Below are positions 56,376 through 64,000 of a DNA stretch of 64,000 bases, piece by piece. Location of the stretch: NCBI GenBank assembly GCA_964636285.1, contig CAZWQF010000004.1:67666-131665 (forward strand), in the 5' to 3' direction. Within the stretch, counting starts at the first letter, position 1. The number at the start of each line of letters is the position of its first letter. The notes under the pieces are model-generated. The model was not told where the DNA came from, searched no databases, and saw only the letters and a program-made list of their open reading frames with translations. The stretch is from an uncultured Candidatus Saccharibacteria bacterium. Lineage in GTDB: Bacteria; Patescibacteriota; WWE3; UBA101185; 2-01-FULL-41-18. Made by a program: the position numbers and the translations under genes.

Positions 56376-59093
56376 ATGTCTAAGTACTCACCTACTCAGG
56401 ACGACTTGGAATCCGATCAGAGTATAAAAATTGAAGAACAAAGAGCTACAATCGAATCTGTAGAAAAAATCCTAGTATTACTTGAAAATTTTGAGTTTGA
56501 GGAAGCCATGTATCTCAAGGAGGAAATCCTTCAAACTCCAAGTGATGACATCACAGAGATCCTTAGATCAGATGAGGAGCTTAGGCAGCGTGTGCTTGAC
56601 ACCATAAATCTCTACGCAACTAAATATTCAGCTAAAAAGTATTTACTAAACGAGGAACATTTGGAAACCTACGTGAAAACCAGGAATTTGATAAAGATTT
56701 TTGGAGTTGCACCAGATATGTATCCTGAAAGTATTGAGAATGCGATGGTGAGAACAATAAAAGCACTCTCGGTACATGATGGCTTTGCAACAACATTAGG
56801 AAGGTGTGAGGAACTCCATCTAGAAAGGGCACCGCATGTTTATGACACAGTCAGAAAAACACTTTATGAGTGCGCAGTGGAACAACCAATAATCTATGGC
56901 TCGTCTGATGAAGCTTTCATGTATACAAGATGTATTGAAATAATGGCCAATTTATATGAATACAAGGATGAAGAGATATCAAACCTACTTACAGAAGCGT
57001 TTATACATCCACTAGATGACTATGCAAACTGGTCTCGTGAAACTCGTATTGTAATGAGCGCAGTAGAGTACTTTGGCGTAGCTGATCCCGTTTATTCAAA
57101 TCCAGAGGTAATAAGCCACGTTAGAGATAAATTCGTATACTTTATAGAAAGTGACACAACAGGAATTCCAGAATACATAGCTGAAAAGTGCGCGGTACAG
57201 CTGGATGTTCAAGCTCCAGAATACCCACATGGCATGACGTATGCAGACTTAATTAAAGTAAGAGGCTCCGATGAGGCGGCAGGTAAATGGAACCTTAAAA
57301 GGATGCGTGGGTTAACCTATCTTGTGAAATCAGATGCGCTGCAAATTATTGCAGCACAAGGAGACGGGGCTTCTCATTACTTCCATGAGATTTCAAAAGG
57401 TATCCCCTCTTCTAATCAAGTAGAGCGAGAAGAAATAGAATTTTATGTTTATATTGCTAAAAAGTATGGGGTGCAGGCTAGATCGGTATTGGTAAATCTT
57501 GTAAACCGAAAAGGTACTGACATAGCAGATCAAAAAGCTGATATAGACATTTATATGGCATCTGTCGGAGTACCAGATCAAAAGCTTCTCGATGAATTCA
57601 AACATACGGAACAAGACCCAATAGCGCGAGAGGCGTTAGTAAGTAGGGTTAATACAATGAAAAAAGGGGCAATTGATGCAGATTCAGATTCGCTATGGCA
57701 ACCGGGTGGAGTAGCAGTTTTATATAGTGTTTTTCCTCCAACCTCTTCGGTAACATCTGCAGAATATCAAAGAATGTTATCTAACAGATGTGACTACAGT
57801 TTAGATGCAAATTTATCAAACATAAATAATAGGAGAGTAAGAGTACCTACGGGTAGATTAATGTTTGAATCCGGGGCAGAACTTGACAGAGACCTCTGGG
57901 ACTTGATTAACAACGCGATTGAAAATGCTAATACAAACCCGGCAGGATCGATAGATTCAAATGCAATTGCATTAAAACTTATTAAATCTGCCGTTTCTGG
58001 ACAGGAAGCCGATCAAGACTTGATAGAGCTTTTATACAGATTTCATTTACAAAGCGGTGGCGCTAAAGTGGAGCCAGCTGAAGACTCCTCTTATCAATCA
58101 TTAGCAAGGCTCTCTGAGTTTGTGAGAACAGAGATTGCTGGAAAATATATCCCGCAGGTACTCCAAACTTATTCACAAGAACATGCCGAGGAGTGGGCAC
58201 AGATAGAATCAGAGCTATTTAACAGAGTTAAAAAAACTAGGGAAAAGGATTTTGCTAGAGTTAAGAGTCTAATGCTAGGGTTAAAAAAATCAAAAAACCC
58301 TAGCGATGCTGAAAGATCTACTCAGATGCTACAGGAGACCCTGGAAAAATACGCATTATCTATTGCTGAGGCACAGATAATGGATGAAGATAGATTAAAA
58401 TCAATGATTGAAGCAGTCCCAGTGACTGAAGATGAAGATATACAGAGATCCGAGGACTACTACAACTCCCCTGAATTTCACAGGGCTTTAGATAAATTTG
58501 AAGAAAAGTACGATAGAAATAAGCTGGCTATAGGTAAGATCAGAGATCAGGCGATGAACCCTTTAATTAGATCCATGAACACAGAACTTGGAAAATTTAC
58601 TACCGAAGGTGATATAGAGGAGGAATCCAGAGAATTAGAATTAATTATAACCAAAAAACATGCTCACTCTATTGCAGGTTTCAATATGGGCGTGTGCACC
58701 GTGATTGATGAAGACCTGTGGGACAACCCAAACTTTATGAATTGCATCCTAGTAGATAGGGACAGAAACCTTGGGTTAGGTGGCATGCACTTGTTTGTCG
58801 CTGGTGGATACCTCACACTTCCAGGAATAAATCCATCAAATGAAGCGTTATCCAACGTAGAGTTAGGCAACCTAACGGATCAGATGCTTGAGTACTCTAA
58901 AGAAGTTGCTCGAGCCCTAAATTTAAGGGGAGTGCTTATACCCACCGACAAGTATATCGCTTCGAACAGGTCTAGGGTTTACTCATATCTGGAGGATCAA
59001 AAGTGGCCAAAGCTGAGATTACCAGCCCCAGTACACTTTGCAACAGTTGGTAACACATCTTACGAAATTAGAGACTGCTGGGTAGTTAAATAA
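56376..59093 (+). CDS. Large (905 aa) hypothetical cytoplasmic protein, mostly alpha-helical, with possible Cys/His C-terminal domain
   Basis: AT-rich, host-like codon usage. No signal peptide. C-terminal segment IAGFNMGVCTVIDEDLWDNPNF...LGLGGMHLFVAGGYLTLPG has a conserved-looking Cys/His pair. Confidence 0.5.
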   Translation: MSKYSPTQDDLESDQSIKIEEQRATIESVEKILVLLENFEFEEAMYLKEEILQTPSDDITEILRSDEELRQRVLDTINLYATKYSAKKYLLNEEHLETYVKTRNLIKIFGVAPDMYPESIENAMVRTIKALSVHDGFATTLGRCEELHLERAPHVYDTVRKTLYECAVEQPIIYGSSDEAFMYTRCIEIMANLYEYKDEEISNLLTEAFIHPLDDYANWSRETRIVMSAVEYFGVADPVYSNPEVISHVRDKFVYFIESDTTGIPEYIAEKCAVQLDVQAPEYPHGMTYADLIKVRGSDEAAGKWNLKRMRGLTYLVKSDALQIIAAQGDGASHYFHEISKGIPSSNQVEREEIEFYVYIAKKYGVQARSVLVNLVNRKGTDIADQKADIDIYMASVGVPDQKLLDEFKHTEQDPIAREALVSRVNTMKKGAIDADSDSLWQPGGVAVLYSVFPPTSSVTSAEYQRMLSNRCDYSLDANLSNINNRRVRVPTGRLMFESGAELDRDLWDLINNAIENANTNPAGSIDSNAIALKLIKSAVSGQEADQDLIELLYRFHLQSGGAKVEPAEDSSYQSLARLSEFVRTEIAGKYIPQVLQTYSQEHAEEWAQIESELFNRVKKTREKDFARVKSLMLGLKKSKNPSDAERSTQMLQETLEKYALSIAEAQIMDEDRLKSMIEAVPVTEDEDIQRSEDYYNSPEFHRALDKFEEKYDRNKLAIGKIRDQAMNPLIRSMNTELGKFTTEGDIEEESRELELIITKKHAHSIAGFNMGVCTVIDEDLWDNPNFMNCILVDRDRNLGLGGMHLFVAGGYLTLPGINPSNEALSNVELGNLTDQMLEYSKEVARALNLRGVLIPTDKYIASNRSRVYSYLEDQKWPKLRLPAPVHFATVGNTSYEIRDCWVVK

Positions 59094-59150
59094 AAAAATA
59101 ACTGCAGTCTCTTGAACTTTACCCACCCAAACCCTATCATTAAGTAGTCT

Positions 59151-59882
59151 ATGCAAAACTCAATGAACCCCAAACTTAAAAGGGTTCTGACGTCTCTTGG
59201 CGTTGTCCTCTTAATAGCGCTTGCCGCGGCCCCTGCTTACTACTTTTACCAAAAGTACCAAAGGGCTCAGTCACTTGTTCGAGATCCTGAAATGGCTTTA
59301 AGAGAAGAAAAAGCCGACCTTTTAAAAACTGTTTCAAAGCTAATCCAACTACCAGCATCAGAAGAACCTACTATTGCAACCGTATCCGATGTTGAAAAAA
59401 TTAAGGATCAGCCCTTTTTTGCAAAGTCTCAGAACGGCGACAAAGTAATAATTTATGCTCAAGATAAAAAGGCGTACCTCTATAGACCTTCGGAAAAAAG
59501 ACTTGTTGATGTGGCTCCAATAAATTTAGGAACACAGGAGGTTGCAGGTGCAAACACAACGCAGGAGAACATAACTTTAAGATTAGCTTTGTTTAATGGC
59601 ACTCAGATTAACGGCCTGACAAAACAAGTAGACATAAAACTTTTAAAGAATGTATCCTTAAGTTACGAAGTAGTGACGCGAAAAAACGCAGTTAAGACCA
59701 ACTACGCAAAGACCCTTGTGATAGATCTTAGTACTGATGAAAGTGGAAAAGGTAAGTTTGCAGATCAAGCAAAAGAAATTGCAAATGCACTTGGAGGAGA
59801 GGTACTAGCACTCCCACAAGAAGAAGCAAAACCAGAAGGAGCCGATATTTTAATTATTGCAGGCCCTAACCTTCAAGACTAA
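59151..59882 (+). CDS. Membrane-anchored LytR_C (LytR/CpsA/Psr C-terminal)-like domain protein
   Basis: N-terminal TM, then a C-terminal ~90 aa with LRLALFNGTQINGLTKQV...TNYAKTLVIDLSTDESGK...ADILIIAGPNLQ, resembling the LytR_C fold pattern. Confidence 0.55.
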   Translation: MQNSMNPKLKRVLTSLGVVLLIALAAAPAYYFYQKYQRAQSLVRDPEMALREEKADLLKTVSKLIQLPASEEPTIATVSDVEKIKDQPFFAKSQNGDKVIIYAQDKKAYLYRPSEKRLVDVAPINLGTQEVAGANTTQENITLRLALFNGTQINGLTKQVDIKLLKNVSLSYEVVTRKNAVKTNYAKTLVIDLSTDESGKGKFADQAKEIANALGGEVLALPQEEAKPEGADILIIAGPNLQD

Positions 59883-59886
59883 TCTG

Positions 59887-60144
59887 CCCGGGAGACTAAA
59901 ACCCGCATTCCATAAGCATTTGTAGTGTTAAGCTTTTAAAACACAGTGAAAATCATGCGCTAACGCCAAACCAACCTTACTAACTTTAAGCCCAATTCAT
60001 TAAAGCTAAATCAAAGTAAAAACCTGGTACTAGAAAAGTCACCCAAAACTATCCCATAGAACAAATTTTTAGCAATAAATAAACTACCCTATATTATTTT
60101 CACTATCAATTTATCCAATGATAATGCGGGTTTTAGTCTCCCGG
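59887..60144. repeat. Inverted-pair element of the dispersed motif (~260 bp)
   Basis: CCCGGGAGACTAAAACCCGCATT at 59887-59909, right after the stop of the LytR_C gene, and its reverse complement at 60123-60144 (AATGCGGGTTTTAGTCTCCCGG). Confidence 0.7.
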
Positions 60145-60299
60145 ACTGAAAATTGAACACACTATACCCTGCAAAAATACTCATTGTAGGAATATTTAAT
60201 ACTACAAAATAAACTATTGCATAATTCAATCCCATAATGCTAATATCTAGAAATTGAATCCACATCATTTCGCCCCACAACGGGAAATGACACAGATTT

Positions 60300-63200
60300 A
60301 TGACAACTGCCCAAAATGTACTCAAATCCAATGATGCTGCAAAGAAGCTTGGAATTTCCAAGTCTACATTGCTTCGTTACCAAAAAGAGGGCCTTGTCAC
60401 TGCAACAAAAAACCCCAAAACGGGCTATCAATATTTTAACCTTGAAGACATTAATGCGCTTAAAAAAACACTCTCAGAAACCGAATCGGATAGAAGAGCG
60501 GAGATTGCCAGAAAAAGAGCTGGAAGAAGCGCTATATATCAGCAAAGCCACCCATCAATTAAGGTAGAAGATACCGCAGTTGACCCAAAAATAAACAAGG
60601 TTGAGACCCAAATAAAACCACTAAACAGTAAAAAAACTAAGTCAGGAGAACAACAGACTGCAAAATCAAGACTTAGGGAAAGCTCTGAAGCAGATGGCTT
60701 GTTAAACAATCCCCTCTCATCAATACCCTCCTCTACTCCATCTGAAATTGAAAAGCTTGAGGAGCTCAACCTTAAGACCGCAAGAATGGTCTCAACCATT
60801 AGAAATCTTCTTGTTATTGTTGCAATAGTCATAATGCTAGGCATTCCAGCAATTCTTTATTTTTCCACAGGTACAAACATGATCTTCTTCACCCAGCAGG
60901 GAGATTCTAGTAAACAGATGGGAGTTAAGGAAAACGCACAAGCCCAAAACAGCGGAAAAAACGGAGGAGCCGGAAATGTATACCCAAGCGCTGGAGAAGG
61001 AAACGGAAATACAAACGACAAAGGCCTTACCATCCCAACTGAAAATTCAGGAGGCGGCCCTGTTTCTGCTTTTTTTAACTTTTTTGGCGGTTCAGGCCCA
61101 ACAAACAATTCGGATATTAATGAGATCAATATTTCAGACAACCCGCATTTCAATTCGGTTACAACAAATTCCCTTAACGCTTCAAACATAGACACTGACA
61201 GCCTAGATACACAAAGCATTAAAGCCTCAGGGACATCATATTTTGCCGGAGCAGAATTTTCTGGACAAGTTAGCTTAAACGGAGGCGCTACTTTTGGAGG
61301 CGATATAAATGCACAAGGAAAAACGCTCAATCTTGGCGACGGAAAACTCACAGCATCAAATGTTTTATACGGAATAAAGGCTGGAGACGGCGTCACCATA
61401 ACAGGAGAGGCGCAGAACCCAACAATTAGTGTGGATTTGGCAGGTCTTAATTCGCAACTCAAAGAAGAGGTTGTAACAACATTTCAAGGCCTAACCGGAG
61501 CTGTAACACTTAAAGCTGGAAACGGTGTAAAAATCTCTGGCACAGAAATAACAGTTGATGCAACCATGACAGAGATTCTAGAAAATGGTGACTGCAGTGG
61601 CTGTATTTATAACGAAAACATCAGCGACGCTCTCACTATCTCCGATGCAGGAAGTGTTTCCACACTCGCACTTGTAGGTGCTGTGGGAACCGCAAAAGGA
61701 GGCACAGGAATTACCGATTACGCACCAGGTGACATTTTATATGCTTCTGGAGCAGACATTCTCTCAAAGCTTCCTGTGGGCTCTACAAACCAAGTGCTTG
61801 CAATCATTGGTGGGATGCCAACATGGACAACGCTAGCTGGAGGTGGAAGTTGTCCTGAATGTTTGATCAACAATCCGGTGTCAACTCAAACTATCTTGGC
61901 AAGTGCTACTAGTGCGATTGGGCTTTCTATTGAGCAACCGTCTGGAGGAACTGCGGATGTGTTCCGTGTCACAAATTCCGGAGGCGGAACAAGCTACATG
62001 CGAATAAATTCCTCAGGAAATGTTTTGCTTTCAGGAAGTTTAAATGCGAATGGGGTTGTGACCTCTTCCCTTTCGGCAACATCTAGTACCGTGACAACTG
62101 AAAATGTCACGAATTTAACGGTTTCATCAGGCGTTACTTTCTCTGGAATCTCAACTGGCGTTTTGAAGTCATCTTCAGGAACAATTTCATCTGGAAGTGT
62201 TAATTTGGCTTCAGAAGTAACTGGAACGCTTGGTGTTAACAGAGGCGGTACTGGGACTGCTACTTTCACCTCAAATGGACTTTTATTCGGTAATGGCACG
62301 TCAGCAATTGGGGCAACTACAGCAGGAACAGATGGTCAACTTTTGGTTGGAGTGACGGGCTCTGCTCCAGTATTTAGAAGCCTTTCAGGTGATGCAACCA
62401 TCAATAGCACAACAGGTGTACTCAGTATTTCATCAGATTCGGTTACATTGGGTACAGATACAACAGGTAACTATGTGTCCGGTATCACAGCAGGAAATGG
62501 ACTTATCGGCACTGTAGCTAGTGAAGGTGCTAATGCTACTCTTAATATAGGAGCAGGAAATGGAATCACAGTTAATGCAGACGATATTACAATTGATGCT
62601 ACAACAACAGGTACAACTGCAACTGCATCTTCCAACTCTGGTATTGAAGTTACCTCCGAAGGTATAAGACTTCTTGGGGGATGTACAAATAACTATGTTT
62701 TGGCATGGGTTTCAGGTGGGGGCGGAGCGTGGACATGCACAGACCCTAACACATTATTTTCAGGCGGGTATGCCAGCTGGACTGTATCTGACGGATCAGC
62801 AAGCGAAGCCGTTGCATCAGGCAATACAGTCACATTTAGCGGAGGCAACGCACTAACTGCTACTTACAACACAGGCACAAACACCCTAACAATTGATCAC
62901 GACGACACTTCTTCACAGGCTAGTGTGGACAACTCCGGCGCAAACTTTATACAAGACATACTACTTGATGCAAATGGCCATTTAACAGGGATCGTAACGG
63001 CAGATGCGGCGGTAGCACTTTCGGGCTCCTTTGATAATTATCAATCCTGGTCACTTGTAAGTGATGCCGGAGGAATAAATCAAACAATTTCCAGTGGAAA
63101 CTCAGCAAATATTCTTGGTGGAACAAACGGTATAGATACAGTAACCAGCAACACAGACACGCTTACAATTAACCTAGACACCACAGAGATTGGAACAACA

Positions 63201-64000
63201 ACATTTGGATCTGGAAGTGACTTCGCATGGACATTTGGGTCAAGCGCTGTGACCGACCCTACCCTAGCCTTTACCTCAGGCGCTGTCAGTTTGGATTCGA
63301 ATGGAGCAGTTAATGTTACAACAGGCTCTGCTTCAGATTCGTTTAATGTGTTGTCTGGAAATATAAAAGTTGGAAACGGAACACCTAATACAACACTTAA
63401 TGGCGAAGATCTTTATGTTGAGGGCACGCTGGAAGCTGATGGAAGCGTAAGATTTGACGGAGCTATACAGACAGCGCTTTCATCCGGAGTCCTCTACTCT
63501 AATTCTGGAACTGTAACAAGTGAAGCTCAGCTTGATGTAACAAGAGGAGGTACAGGCGCCTCCACTTTGACAGCGAACAGCCTATTATTAGGAAACGGAA
63601 CATCTGCTATTGGTGTGGTTAGCGCAGGATTAGATGGGCAACTTTTAGTTGGAGTGACGGGATCTGCTCCAGTTTTTAGAAGCCTCTCAGGAGACGCAAC
63701 TATCAACAGCGGAACTGGAGCGCTAACAATTTCTACGAACGCAGTAACTCTAAGTACTGATACAGCAGGAAACTATATTGCAAACATTACAGGTAGTTCG
63801 CAGATAACTGTTAACGGTACAGGATCAGAAAACGCCACGGCATCACTTAGCATCACAGGGAACTCGGTAGACTTTACGCAACTTGCCAATTCGCTTTCAC
63901 TTGATGCTTCTACTGATATAGCTGTTACCGGTTCAAATGTTTTGTCTGTCACAAATTCAGGAAGCGCAAACTCCTTTGTAGTTAATGACCAAGCCTCCGA
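60300..64000 (+). CDS. Third giant surface-protein paralog (3'-truncated by window end) with N-terminal MerR/excisionase-like HTH + TM
   Basis: Hand-translated frame from ATG 60300 is open to the window end. It is absent from the ORF track because it has no stop. HTH: NDAAKKLGISKSTLLRYQKEGLVTATKNPKTGYQYF. TM: LLVIVAIVIMLGIPAILYF at ~60801-60857. Downstream is a T/S/G-rich ectodomain with segments near-identical in pattern to the 16-kb gene (GGTGITDYAPGDILYASGADILSKLPVGSTNQVLAIIGG...GSCPECL). Candidate promoter TTGCAT-18-TAATAT lies at ~60215-60245. Confidence 0.8.
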   Translation, partial: MTTAQNVLKSNDAAKKLGISKSTLLRYQKEGLVTATKNPKTGYQYFNLEDINALKKTLSETESDRRAEIARKRAGRSAIYQQSHPSIKVEDTAVDPKINKVETQIKPLNSKKTKSGEQQTAKSRLRESSEADGLLNNPLSSIPSSTPSEIEKLEELNLKTARMVSTIRNLLVIVAIVIMLGIPAILYFSTGTNMIFFTQQGDSSKQMGVKENAQAQNSGKNGGAGNVYPSAGEGNGNTNDKGLTIPTENSGGGPVSAFFNFFGGSGPTNNSDINEINISDNPHFNSVTTNSLNASNIDTDSLDTQSIKASGTSYFAGAEFSGQVSLNGGATFGGDINAQGKTLNLGDGKLTASNVLYGIKAGDGVTITGEAQNPTISVDLAGLNSQLKEEVVTTFQGLTGAVTLKAGNGVKISGTEITVDATMTEILENGDCSGCIYNENISDALTISDAGSVSTLALVGAVGTAKGGTGITDYAPGDILYASGADILSKLPVGSTNQVLAIIGGMPTWTTLAGGGSCPECLINNPVSTQTILASATSAIGLSIEQPSGGTADVFRVTNSGGGTSYMRINSSGNVLLSGSLNANGVVTSSLSATSSTVTTENVTNLTVSSGVTFSGISTGVLKSSSGTISSGSVNLASEVTGTLGVNRGGTGTATFTSNGLLFGNGTSAIGATTAGTDGQLLVGVTGSAPVFRSLSGDATINSTTGVLSISSDSVTLGTDTTGNYVSGITAGNGLIGTVASEGANATLNIGAGNGITVNADDITIDATTTGTTATASSNSGIEVTSEGIRLLGGCTNNYVLAWVSGGGGAWTCTDPNTLFSGGYASWTVSDGSASEAVASGNTVTFSGGNALTATYNTGTNTLTIDHDDTSSQASVDNSGANFIQDILLDANGHLTGIVTADAAVALSGSFDNYQSWSLVSDAGGINQTISSGNSANILGGTNGIDTVTSNTDTLTINLDTTEIGTTTFGSGSDFAWTFGSSAVTDPTLAFTSGAVSLDSNGAVNVTTGSASDSFNVLSGNIKVGNGTPNTTLNGEDLYVEGTLEADGSVRFDGAIQTALSSGVLYSNSGTVTSEAQLDVTRGGTGASTLTANSLLLGNGTSAIGVVSAGLDGQLLVGVTGSAPVFRSLSGDATINSGTGALTISTNAVTLSTDTAGNYIANITGSSQITVNGTGSENATASLSITGNSVDFTQLANSLSLDASTDIAVTGSNVLSVTNSGSANSFVVNDQAS

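Noticed and set aside
4088-60144. Possibility that the CCCGGGAGACTAAAACCCGC copies are CRISPR repeats
   Set aside because: Copies are tens of kb apart or paired in inverted orientation, not arranged as regularly spaced direct repeats with spacers. No cas genes are present.
60316-60567. 83-aa ORF (MYSNPMML...) and the minus-strand ORFs 60539..60844 and 60857..61462
   Set aside because: All overlap, in other frames or the opposite strand, the long open frame starting at ATG 60300 that encodes the HTH+TM+repeat paralog. That frame was missing from the track only because it has no stop inside the window.

Overview
This is an AT-rich (~38-40% GC) bacterial window with compact gene organisation and standard-code reading frames. 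The gene content (giant repeat-rich surface proteins, a sortase, small surface-protein paralogs) resembles an uncultivated, reduced-genome bacterium of the CPR/Patescibacteria type, but that lineage call is inference. Core content is (i) a secE-nusG-rplK-rplA-rplJ-rplL ribosomal cluster that is not followed by rpoBC; (ii) a glycogen/alpha-glucan block with two GlgA-like glycosyltransferases, two GH57 enzymes, a GalT-like nucleotidyl-transferase and an LMW-PTP; (iii) envelope genes (MreB, WecB/TagA GT26, a PEGA/beta-propeller protein, a LytR_C protein, a sortase, tRNA-Pro and four secreted or anchored surface proteins); and (iv) three paralogous giant proteins (5393 aa, 2152 aa and more than 1230 aa running off the 3' end). 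Two of the giants carry an N-terminal MerR/excisionase-like HTH, then one TM helix, then a huge extracellular repeat region; a fourth, 632-aa protein has the same HTH type. Non-standard items are a ~3.7 kb GC-rich (~58-60%) island at 52.4-56.1 kb carrying five small minus-strand ORFs with good Shine-Dalgarno sites, long structured intergenic repeats and possible 9-bp flanking direct repeats; a 25-aa Cys-rich micro-ORF with foreign GC3-rich codon usage behind a palindromic operator near a Fur-family regulator; a dispersed 20-22-nt motif family (CCCGGGAGACTAAAACCCGC / GGACGGGTAACRAAAACCCGC) that sits immediately after stop codons, three times as inverted pairs (MITE- or long-hairpin-like); a ~680-nt ORF-free region with its own promoter-like and terminator signals (candidate ncRNA); and ~560-bp near-identical direct repeats inside the largest gene. 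All calls rest on reading motifs by eye; no database searches were run.
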